Origin: Acidobacteriota bacterium
GTDB taxonomy: Bacteria; Acidobacteriota; UBA6911; RPQK01; CBDEGM01
Direction of reading: 5' to 3'
NCBI GenBank assembly: GCA_965237715.1
Contig: CBDEGM010000003.1
Coordinates: 519,913 to 583,912 of the forward strand
DNA length: 64,000 nucleotides
The translations under genes were made by a program, and so were the position numbers. The notes under the pieces were generated by a model. The model did not search any database and was not told the DNA's origin. It saw only the letters and a list, made by a program, of their open reading frames with translations. Numbering within the stretch: the stretch's first letter is position 1; every line of letters begins with the position of its first letter. Of the stretch, positions 38,535 to 47,447 are shown one piece after another.

Positions 38535-39341
38535 CTAGTCGACCTTCCAATAGCGGTGGAAGTGACCCAGTGGTCCGTGTCCTGCCCCCAGAGGAAAGGA
38601 GTGCCGGATCGCCTCTACAATGTACTCCTTCGCCCTGCCCACCGCTTCTTTCAGTTCCAGACCGCGTGCCAGATAAGCCGTGATGGCCGAGGCGAACGTG
38701 CAACCACTACCATGAGTGTTCGGCGTCTTCAAGCGCGCTCCAGAAAATGGAGTGAATTCCTGACCGTCGAAAAAGTAATCCGTACATTGGTTCGGATCGT
38801 CGAAGTGCCCCCCCTTCACAATGACCGAACGGGGACCGAGCTGGAAAATTTGCCGAGCGGCCTCCTTGATTTCTGCTTCGTTTGTGATCTCTTGTCCCGT
38901 CAAAACCTCAGCCTCCCGGAGGTTTGGAGTTACCGTCAAGGCCAGTGGAAAGAATTCTCTTTTCAGGATCTCAACGGCATCTTCTCGAATCAGCGGGCTG
39001 CCACTGGTGGTGACCATTACCGGGTCGACCACCAGCCGCTCGACCCTGTAGTGCTTCATCTTGGCGGCGACAAGACAGATGATCTCCACAGAAGAGAGCA
39101 TTCCGGTTTTCACTGCGTCCACTCCGATATCCTCCACCACCGCCTGAATCTGTTTTTCGATGTTGTCTAGAGGCAAATCTGCACTTGCGTAGACACGTCG
39201 AGTGTCCTGAGCAGTAACCGAGGTAATCACGCTCATCCCGTGCACTCCCAGAGCCGCGAAAGTCTTGATATCCGCCTGAATTCCGGCACATCCACCACTG
39301 TCGGAACCAGCGATGGTCAGGGCCCTGGATACGGGAGGCAT
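38535..39341 (-). CDS. thiD: hydroxymethylpyrimidine/phosphomethylpyrimidine kinase
   Basis: ALTIAGSDSGGCAGIQADIKT...GGHFDD...THGSGCTFASAI ribokinase-fold ThiD motifs. Confidence 0.85.
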   Translation of the reverse strand: MPPVSRALTIAGSDSGGCAGIQADIKTFAALGVHGMSVITSVTAQDTRRVYASADLPLDNIEKQIQAVVEDIGVDAVKTGMLSSVEIICLVAAKMKHYRVERLVVDPVMVTTSGSPLIREDAVEILKREFFPLALTVTPNLREAEVLTGQEITNEAEIKEAARQIFQLGPRSVIVKGGHFDDPNQCTDYFFDGQEFTPFSGARLKTPNTHGSGCTFASAITAYLARGLELKEAVGRAKEYIVEAIRHSFPLGAGHGPLGHFHRYWKVD

Positions 39342-39349
39342 GGAGGGAT

Positions 39350-39380
39350 ACTACCACTACCACTACCACTGCCACTGCCA
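39350..39380. repeat. (CTACCA/CCACTA)n hexamer tandem repeat, about 5 units, 9 bp upstream of the thiD start codon
   Basis: ctaccactaccactaccactgccactgccat. Confidence 0.7.
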
Positions 39381-39637
39381 TACCTCTTAGCCGACATTCC
39401 CCATATCATTCTCGGAAGGACCTTTTTCCGGTCTCTCCAGTGAATGACCACAACTTATCAGACCGTCAACCTTGCCTCAAGTGGTCTTTGGTCCCTCTCT
39501 CCATCAAAAGCGCCTCTGCTCCCTCGGTTTTCCAGGTGCTTTTCGTCAAAAACCTGATGTTGCAAAACCGGAAGAATGGAGCGCTTCCAGTGCTCAATCC
39601 TACAGCTGCGTGAGGCTTACCTGGTAAGGGAATGAGG

Positions 39638-39662
39638 TTTCGGCACCTGAGGTGCCTCCCAC
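39638..39662. repeat. repeat family C copy 1 (TTCGGCACCTGAGGTGCCTCCCAC, palindromic core GGCACC-TGA-GGTGCC)
   Basis: Identical 24-mer at 59678..59701. Confidence 0.6.
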
Positions 39663-39726
39663 GCTGAATGGGGCGACCGTAACAGAGCGGTCAGCTTTTT
39701 CGGTCAGCCGGTCCGGGCTTCCTCTC

Positions 39727-42131
39727 CTACTTTGCAAGAATCACCGACAGGGGGCGAGCGATACCTTGTGCCGGTGGGACCTCTCGAAGAGGTTTGCCCT
39801 GCCGGTAGAGGTCGAGATGCCTGTCCAGATCCGTGGCTTGTTTCTCATCCTTTTTTACCGAGGCCAGCTCGAGCGCGGCTTTCGCGGCGGCTATGGCGCG
39901 GTCGAACTGCCCGGTCGCGGCATAGGCTGCTGCCAGTGTCTTCAGAACTCCGGCGTCGTGCCCGCCGACCCGCTTCGATGCGTGCTGGGCCAGACGGAGC
40001 GCTTCTTCGCCATCATGGAGGTTGGGGTCGGGATGGGTGGAAAGGATCCAGGCCATGCTCTTCAAGGGAGCTATATAGTCCGGCTCGAGACGAATTGCTT
40101 CTCGGAAATGCCCCACAGTGCCTCCTGGATTCGGCCGATCAGGCTAAGCGCCCTGCCCTGGCTGTAGTGTCCTTCGGCCAGCTTGCCTTGAGACTGAACT
40201 GTCAGGCCCAGGTTGAAATGGGCGTTGGGAAAGTTCGGCTCCGTCTTCAGGGCCTGACGAAAGTGCCGGATGGCTTCCTCCAGTTTGCCTTGAGAGCCCA
40301 GCAAAATCCCCAGGCCGTTATGGGCGGGGGCATAATCGGGATTGAGCTCGAGCGCCTGATTGTAGTGACGAGCCTCCTCCTCCAGCTCCCCCTGTGCTTT
40401 CAACGTACTGCCCAGGTTGGCGTTCATTTCGACCAAGTCGGGATCCGCCTCCAGTCCCTGGCGAAAATGCTCGATCGCTTCCTGAAGCCTGCCCTGCGAA
40501 GCCAGTGCAATACCCAAACTGTTGTGTGCCAGGACGTAATCGGATTTTAGCTGTAGGGCCTTGCGGAAGTGCCGGATCGCCTCCTCCACTTTGCCCTGAG
40601 AGGAGAGCGCTGCACCCAGCGTGTTGTGCGCCTGGGCATCGTCGGGGCTGAGCCGCAGTACCTCACGAAACTGCGCGATCGCTTCCTCCAGTTTTCCCTC
40701 CGAGTGCAGCAGTGCGCCCAGATGGTAGCGGGCCCAAACATCGTCGGGATCGACCTCAAGCTCTTTTTCGTAGCCGGCGCGCTGAGCGTGAAGCTCTTTG
40801 GCCGCAAAATCACGCCTCAAAACCTCAAGGTCCTCGCCGTTTTCCGGCAAGAGCTGAACCCAGAAATCCCCCATCTCATCGGAGGATTCCGGGCCGTACA
40901 GCACACGCCGGGGAGGAGTGTGCGGATTGCCAACGTTGGCGGCGGAATTATCGTATGTGAACCCCATCGACAGGATCGTACCACGAGGCAGACGCACCGG
41001 TTGTGCGTAGCGATATTCGTCCTGCCAGTTGAAATCCCATTCCTTGATATGGAGAAGTGTCGCTTGAGATCCATCCGGAAAGGTCGCAATGCCTTTCATT
41101 TCTCGGGCCAGATAATGGGCATGTGGATACACACTCAGCACCTCGACGTCCACGGGGAGTCGGTACGTGTCTTCGATTCGGTAATCCTTCTCTCCGGCGG
41201 GAATGTCTATGGTACGAGAGCCCAGCCGGATCAAGACGGGGATTTGGGTGGGCGGCTTGTCGGTAAAGTAAAAGTCGGCCCTGGCCTCGATTTGCTCCGG
41301 CCTTCCGCTGGGTAGCATGTGGAACTGAAGGAGGAGGTTACTGCCTTTCTTGAGACGCCAGGCCATCTCTTCGGGTACCTTGAAGGGCACCTTGCCTGGC
41401 GTCCAGCCCAGGAAATGGCCATCGGGGTTGTGGGCACTGCTGGGGGTGAACATGCCGTTGAAGCCCACTCCAGGATCTTGTTCGTCGAGGTGTCGGGAGG
41501 CCGGCGTTCGATCGATCATCAATACCGCGTGGTGCACGATCTTGGGATTGCCCGGCTGCAATTGCATGCCTACCACATACCGTCCGGTCGAGACGGGGAT
41601 CGGGATCACAAAATTACGAAACACATCGCGACCCGCAGCGGGGAGCGTGTAGGATTCATCCATACGGATGACCAGGTCCGGTTCTCCGAACTGCCAACCC
41701 TCCTTCCATACGGGAGCAGGCGGCAGGTCGGAGGGGTTCCCCTCCATGGCCCCTTCTTCCACCCATTGTCCTACCCTACCGATCTGATCGACGCTGAGTC
41801 TGCGCTCAGCGGCAAACTCAAGATCCCCTGGCTCGGGCAGCCAGGGAGGCATGAATCGACTCTTGGTGACCGCTGCGATCTGCCGGGCCTGCCTCTTGAC
41901 GTCACCGTACGTGAGCAAAGGGAATGGTCCCGATCCGGAGGGGCGATGACACACGGCGCAGTTGCGAAAGATGATGGGAGCGATGTCCCGTGTAAAGGTC
42001 AAGGTACCCGGCGAGCGCGGAACGTACACATGGGTTGGGTTGGCCACTCCCGCTTCCACTCCGGTCTCCATACCCAGGACGATGCCGAAGAGTGACAGCT
42101 GCAGGCAGGCGATACTCCAACAGATTCTCAC
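39727..42131 (-). pseudogene. secreted heme-c (CxxCH) + copper-monooxygenase-like + C-terminal TPR protein; frameshift at a G4 run near 40116
   Basis: The 40071..42131 frame carries a signal peptide, CAVCH, His clusters HHAVLM / HAHYLAREM, then about 8 TPR units. The TPR array continues without a break into the 39727..40116 frame (GHFREAIRLEPDYIAPL...) if ctgtggggcat is read with five G rather than four. Confidence 0.6.
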
Positions 42132-42254
42132 ATCACAACTCCCGGATGACTATGGATCTTGATCATGAAATTATAGCAGTGTCGTGGAATGAGGTTCTGC
42201 GTTCCCGGTTTCGGGTTCCGCGTTTTGGGTTATCATGGACCAGGGCGTGGGCCA

Positions 42255-43505
42255 ATGACCCTTACATCACTTTTCAGGCCAGCTCGGGTCTATACGTTTG
42301 TGTCGACCTTTACGCTGGCGCCCCTTCTGCTTTTCATTGCGCTTAGCACCCCTGTCGTGGTCGCTGAAGATACGAAGCCCGACCCTCGGCTTGTCGAATT
42401 GTTTGAGAATCAGGTCCGCCCCCTCCTGGCCAAGAATTGCTTCTCCTGTCACGGACCCTCACAGCAGCTCTCTTCGCTGCGGCTCGATTCCCGACAGCGG
42501 ATGTTGAAGGGCGGAAATAGGGGACCCGCCATTGTCGCCGGCCGTGCTGCGGACAGCTTGCTGATGAGGGCCATTCGCCACCAGGGACTCGAGATGCCGT
42601 TGGGCGGCGGCAAGCTCAAGGACGAAGAGATTGCAGCTATCGAGAAGTGGATCGACCTGGGAGCCCCCTGGCAGGAGAAAGTGGCCGAAGACGCTCTCGG
42701 ACCCGGTGATCCTGGCTTCTATGAAAGGATCACCAGAGAGCACTGGGCGTTTCAGCCCGTGCGTAAATCAAAAACGCCGCTACGAGATCTCTCCGGGTCA
42801 GACCATCCGGTAGACCGTTTCATCCTTACCGCATTGGAAAAGGCAGAATTGAAACCGTCTCCGCCGGCCGATCGGCGGACGCTTGTCCGGCGCTTGAGTT
42901 TCGTTCTTACAGGCCTCCCTCCTACTCCTTTGGAAGTCGACCTATTTGTCCGCGATCAATCTCCCGGGGCTTACCCGAGGCTGGTGGACCGCCTGCTGGC
43001 ATCGCCCCATTTCGGTGAGCAGTGGGCCCGGCACTGGATGGATGTGATGCGATTCGCCGAAACCCTGGGCAACGACTGGAACTATGAACTCCACGGTGCC
43101 TGGATGTACCGGGATTACCTGATCCGCGCTTTCAACCAGGATCTCCCATACGATCAGTTCGTCCGCGAACATTTCGCCGGCGACCTGCTCGAAAATCCGC
43201 GCCTCAACCTCGAAGAAGGGATCAACGAATCGGAAATCGGAACGGCTTTCTTTCGTCTGGGCGAGCAGGGTCACGATGACTGTGTACGCTTCCGGGAGAT
43301 CCGCACCGACGTTGTCGACAATCAGATCGACACTTTGGGCAAGGCGTTCCAGGGACTGACCATCGCCTGCGCGCGCTGCCATGATCACAAGCTCGACCCC
43401 ATCCCCACCAGCGACTACTATTCCCTATACGGTGTGCTGACCAGTTCCCGTCTGCTCACGCGCACCGTTGACCTGCCGGAAGTCCACACCGCTCTCAAAC
43501 AGTGA
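42255..43505 (+). CDS. PSCyt1 (CxxCH) + PSCyt2/DUF1549 domain protein, N-terminal part of a gene interrupted by in-frame TGA at 43503
   Basis: Signal peptide. CFSCHG cytochrome-like motif. DUF1549 block HFGEQWARHWMDVMRFAE. Confidence 0.6.
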   Translation: MTLTSLFRPARVYTFVSTFTLAPLLLFIALSTPVVVAEDTKPDPRLVELFENQVRPLLAKNCFSCHGPSQQLSSLRLDSRQRMLKGGNRGPAIVAGRAADSLLMRAIRHQGLEMPLGGGKLKDEEIAAIEKWIDLGAPWQEKVAEDALGPGDPGFYERITREHWAFQPVRKSKTPLRDLSGSDHPVDRFILTALEKAELKPSPPADRRTLVRRLSFVLTGLPPTPLEVDLFVRDQSPGAYPRLVDRLLASPHFGEQWARHWMDVMRFAETLGNDWNYELHGAWMYRDYLIRAFNQDLPYDQFVREHFAGDLLENPRLNLEEGINESEIGTAFFRLGEQGHDDCVRFREIRTDVVDNQIDTLGKAFQGLTIACARCHDHKLDPIPTSDYYSLYGVLTSSRLLTRTVDLPEVHTALKQ

Positions 43506-43514
43506 TTGCGGGAG

Positions 43515-45629
43515 ATGAAGCCGCAGATCCGTGAAGAATTGGCTCGCGAGTGGATCCGCGAGACGGCAACCATACCCCGCTATCTGCTGGCTGCCCACAG
43601 GGCATGGAAGGGACTTCCCCCGGAAGTGAAGGACCTCACCGAACTATCTTTGGACCGGGTTCAGGCCTGGCTGAGTCTACTGGAAAAACCCAAACCGGAG
43701 ATGGAAGATCTCCTCTACCCATGGATCCAGGTGGCGCAGTCCAGGGCCGATGTCTCCCCGGCCGAGTGGCAGAAACTGGCTGTCCGCTACCTCGAAGAGA
43801 GCCGATCCCGCGTCGCCTTTAATCGCGAGAACTTCCAGCCCTTCGGGGATTTCTCCCTGGCTGGATTCGGAAACTGGCATCCTGACGGAAATGCCTTGAG
43901 GGATGGGGCCTCGCCGAGTGGTGAATTCGCAGTAGCCAACCGCGGACCGGAAGCGGTCACTGGGGTTTTCCCTGCCGGCACTTATACGCATCCACTGTCG
44001 GAGCGCCTCAATGGAGCTCTCCGCTCGCCCCTGGTTCCCAAAGACAAGAAGTTTGTCAGTCTACGGATCCTGGGCGGCAATTTGGGTGCACGTCGCACGG
44101 TCCTGGACAACTGTATGCTCAACGAGGACTATGAGGTTCTTGATCAGGATTCTCTTGCTTGGCTTAAGATCCCGAATCGCGACGATCAGAAAGACCTGCC
44201 TTTTTACATCGAGCTGGTTACCAAGTCGGACAATCCTCGCATCCCCGGTCGCCCGGGACGCCTGAAAGCCTCGCCAGAGCAATTGGCCTCGCCCCACTCC
44301 TACTTTGGCATCACCCGAGCCGTCCTGCATGAGATCGACGAGACGCCGAAGGACGAACTGACCCATATGAACCGGCTCTTCACTGGCGAGTCTCCGGTCA
44401 ACCTCACCCTGCTCGTACACCACTACTCGGACCTTGCGAGCCGGGCGCTTGGCGTATGGGCCCGGGGTAAAGCCTCCGACGATGATGCCCGCTGGATCGG
44501 CTGGCTGTTGTATAACGGACTCGTCACCAATTCGAAAGATCTCAGCCCGCAGCTGCGAGTGCTGATTGATCAGTACCGCGCCTTGGAGTCCCGTATTACG
44601 CCGCCCAGGGTCTTCCACGGGATGGCCGATCTCGATGTCGGCTACGACTTTCCGGTGTTGCCCGGCGGCGACGCCCACCACCCCGGAAAGACCGTCCCGC
44701 GTGGTTTCCTGCAGCTCATCAGCAGATCCCGGGAGGGATTCCAGGCTTTCGGCAGCGGCCGGCGTGAGCTGGCCAGGCTGCTCGCCAACCCTGACAATCC
44801 GCTCACAGCCCGCGTCATGGTCAACCGCATCTGGCAACAACTCTTCGGGCAGGGCATCGTGGCGACTGCGGATAACTTCGGTACCTACGGCGAGCCGCCC
44901 TCACATCCCGAGTTGCTCGATTCTCTGGCGGAGCGCTTCGTTCAGGAGGGCTGGTCCGTCAAGAAGCTCATCCACTTCCTCGTGCTTTCCAGGACCTTTC
45001 AGCAATCCAGCCAGGATACACCGGAGGCAAGTCGTGTCGATCCCTTGAACCGGCTGCTGTCCCACTACCCCGTGCGCCGCCTGGGAGGAGAGTCCATACG
45101 GGATGCCATCCTCGCCGTCTCAGGTCGTCTCGACCGCTCGCTGTATGGACCAAGCATTCAGCCCTACCGGGAGCAGCCCAAACCTTACCGCAGGTTGTTC
45201 CAGGGTCCGCTCGACGGCAATGGCCGGCGCAGCATTTACCTGAAGGTCACCCGCCACCAGGGCCCGCGTTTCCTTGAAATTTTCGATTTTCCCAATCCCA
45301 CGGTGACGCGGGGAACCCGCGACGTGACCAACGTGCCAACCCAGGCCCTTGCCCTGATGAACGATCCCTTCGTACTCGACCAGGCCGGTGTCTGGGCGGA
45401 TCGTCTCCTGGCCCAGACTGTCTCCATGGAAGCACGCATCGAGTCCCTCTTTCGAACAGCGTTAGGCCGGCTTCCAGACGCTGCCGAAAGCGAGCAGTTC
45501 CAGGGGCTGACCCAAGAGCTGGCAAAGCTCCATGAGGTGGAGGACGACCAGATCCTCGCCAGCCGGGAGGTGTGGAAAGACATCTGTCACGCGGTGTTCA
45601 ACTTGAAGGAATTCATTTATACTCGATAG
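43515..45629 (+). CDS. DUF1553 (PSD1) domain protein, C-terminal part of the same interrupted gene
   Basis: Same frame as 42255..43505; TGA then TTG then ATG. DUF1553-type C-terminus, ending ...VWKDICHAVFNLKEFIY. Confidence 0.6.
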   Translation: MKPQIREELAREWIRETATIPRYLLAAHRAWKGLPPEVKDLTELSLDRVQAWLSLLEKPKPEMEDLLYPWIQVAQSRADVSPAEWQKLAVRYLEESRSRVAFNRENFQPFGDFSLAGFGNWHPDGNALRDGASPSGEFAVANRGPEAVTGVFPAGTYTHPLSERLNGALRSPLVPKDKKFVSLRILGGNLGARRTVLDNCMLNEDYEVLDQDSLAWLKIPNRDDQKDLPFYIELVTKSDNPRIPGRPGRLKASPEQLASPHSYFGITRAVLHEIDETPKDELTHMNRLFTGESPVNLTLLVHHYSDLASRALGVWARGKASDDDARWIGWLLYNGLVTNSKDLSPQLRVLIDQYRALESRITPPRVFHGMADLDVGYDFPVLPGGDAHHPGKTVPRGFLQLISRSREGFQAFGSGRRELARLLANPDNPLTARVMVNRIWQQLFGQGIVATADNFGTYGEPPSHPELLDSLAERFVQEGWSVKKLIHFLVLSRTFQQSSQDTPEASRVDPLNRLLSHYPVRRLGGESIRDAILAVSGRLDRSLYGPSIQPYREQPKPYRRLFQGPLDGNGRRSIYLKVTRHQGPRFLEIFDFPNPTVTRGTRDVTNVPTQALALMNDPFVLDQAGVWADRLLAQTVSMEARIESLFRTALGRLPDAAESEQFQGLTQELAKLHEVEDDQILASREVWKDICHAVFNLKEFIYTR

Positions 45630-45652
45630 ACGAGGCTGGAGGTGCGATTGCC

Positions 45653-47092
45653 ATGAAGCAGAACCATCACGGTGGGTGCCCCGGATGCCTTCGAACTCCT
45701 CTCACGCGCAGGGACGTCCTAAAAATTGCTTCCAACGGATTCGGCATGTTGGCGCTGTCGGCACTGATGGCTGACGAGACCTATGCGGGCCTGGTTCCTC
45801 ACTCGGGACCCCATTTCCCGCCCAGAGCCAAAAACGTCATCTTTTTGTTCATGCCCGGCGCGGTCTCACACATCGACACATTCGACCCCAAGCCGAAGCT
45901 GGAGGAATTCGACGGCAAACCGTTCGACGGCTTTTATCAGGTGGGAGCTAAGCGGGAGACAGACCGCACGTGGATGAAGAGCCCCTGGAAATTTACTGAG
46001 TACGGCCAATCCGGGATCCCCGTGAGCGAATTATTCCCGCACATCGCCACCTGCGTGGATGATCTTGCCATCATCCGTTCCATGGTTTCCGGATTCCCCC
46101 TGCATCCGCGGGCCAATCTGCTGATGCACACGGGACGCACCATGGGCGGCCACCCCAGCCTCGGGTCGTGGATCAGCTACGCCCTGGGGAGCGAGAACAA
46201 GAATCTGCCCGGCTATGTGCTGCTGCACGCGGGCGCGGTTCCACCCGGAGGACTCGAAAACTTCGCCAACGGCTTTTTGCCTGCTTCCCACCAGGCAATG
46301 CCCATGCAGGCGGAGGGAACTCCCGTCGAAAACATCGAGCCGGCCGACAAGAATCCCAAAGTGCAGCGTGCCAAGCTGGATCTCCTGCTCCGGCAGGACC
46401 GGCGATTCCTTGCTTCCCTGGGATCGAATGACGCCATCGAGTCCGCCATCCACAATTACGAGATGGCCTACCAGATGCAGTCGCTGGTTCCCGATGTTCT
46501 GAACCTCGACAAAGAGAGCAAAGCTACCCGGCGCCTCTACGGGCTCGAAGCTTCAGACAAGAACAAGCAATTCTATGGCCTGCAGTGCCTTCGGGCCCGC
46601 AGGCTCATCGAAGCCGGAGTCCGCTTCGTCGAAATCACCTGCCCGGAAGTCTACGGTGACAACAACGGGACCTGGGATCAGCACACCGAGTTGAAGAAGG
46701 GACATGAAGGCAATGCTCTCATCACCGATCAGGGCGTGGCGGCACTGCTGCAGGATCTGAAGGTGCGAGGCATGCTGGAGGAGACACTGGTGGTCTGGGC
46801 AACTGAGTTCGGACGCACCCCCCATACCAAAAACGGCCATGGCCGCGATCACCATGAGACCGGCTTCACGATCTGGATGGCGGGCGCCGGCGTCAAGGGC
46901 GGTGTCATTCACGGAGCCACCGATGAGACCGGAATGCACGCGGTCGAGAATATCACCGCCGTCCACGACGTGCACGCCACCATCCTTCACTTGCTCGGCC
47001 TCGATCACAAGCGAACCACCTACCGTTTCGGCGGCCGCGACGTCAGCCTCACGGATGTGCACGGCCGCGTGATCCGCGAAATTCTGAGCTGA
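45653..47092 (+). CDS. DUF1501 domain protein (sulfatase-like fold, Tat signal)
   Basis: Tat-like TRRDVLKIASNGFGMLAL. DUF1501 motifs. Canonical partner of a DUF1549/DUF1553 gene. Confidence 0.8.
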   Translation: MKQNHHGGCPGCLRTPLTRRDVLKIASNGFGMLALSALMADETYAGLVPHSGPHFPPRAKNVIFLFMPGAVSHIDTFDPKPKLEEFDGKPFDGFYQVGAKRETDRTWMKSPWKFTEYGQSGIPVSELFPHIATCVDDLAIIRSMVSGFPLHPRANLLMHTGRTMGGHPSLGSWISYALGSENKNLPGYVLLHAGAVPPGGLENFANGFLPASHQAMPMQAEGTPVENIEPADKNPKVQRAKLDLLLRQDRRFLASLGSNDAIESAIHNYEMAYQMQSLVPDVLNLDKESKATRRLYGLEASDKNKQFYGLQCLRARRLIEAGVRFVEITCPEVYGDNNGTWDQHTELKKGHEGNALITDQGVAALLQDLKVRGMLEETLVVWATEFGRTPHTKNGHGRDHHETGFTIWMAGAGVKGGVIHGATDETGMHAVENITAVHDVHATILHLLGLDHKRTTYRFGGRDVSLTDVHGRVIREILS

Positions 47093-47186
47093 GCCGCCGG
47101 GTTGGTTGAGCACGTGCCCGTAGGAGTTCTTGTAACGCCGCCGTCTCGGCGGTACGGGAGGGCAACTCAAGGAAGTAGAGAAGATC

Positions 47187-47366
47187 ATGTCAGGGAAAGG
47201 CAGAATGAATCGCCGTCACCTGCTCACCCGAACTGCCGCAGCAGGGTTGGGGGTCTGGGTGGCCGGTTGCGGCAGTCAACCGGAGCGGGTCGGGTTTTTC
47301 GACCTGTACGGCACATTCGATCGACGACTTTTTCCGTATAATCGATGGCACTTCGCCGGGAAGTAG
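47187..47366 (+). CDS. small ORF (59 aa) with Tat-like signal and lipobox; possible gene remnant
   Basis: MSGKGRMNRRHLLTRTAAAGLGVWVAGC, preceded by an aggaag RBS. Below the 60-aa cutoff of the ORF track. Confidence 0.25.
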   Translation: MSGKGRMNRRHLLTRTAAAGLGVWVAGCGSQPERVGFFDLYGTFDRRLFPYNRWHFAGK

Positions 47367-47447
47367 CGCCGGCTTCCCGCCGGCCGGGATGTAGCGGAAT
47401 CCGCGGAGGATTCCGCCCGGACAGCGTTGCGCTCCTGTGTCAGCCCT

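Noticed and set aside
39342-39700. TPP riboswitch upstream of thiD
   Set aside because: The minus-strand leader lacks the conserved CUGAGA / ACCUGAUCUGGAUAAUGCCAGCG core. Only a weak ctggagaga resemblance.
39652-40550. Plus-strand ORFs (171 and 272 aa) overlapping the TPR gene
   Set aside because: Antisense to a well-supported TPR coding region. Arg-rich composition typical of spurious frames.
43503-43505. Selenocysteine recoding at the in-frame TGA
   Set aside because: No SECIS-like stem-loop immediately downstream. The position is a domain linker rather than a redox-active Cys site. Nonsense mutation or sequencing error is more parsimonious.
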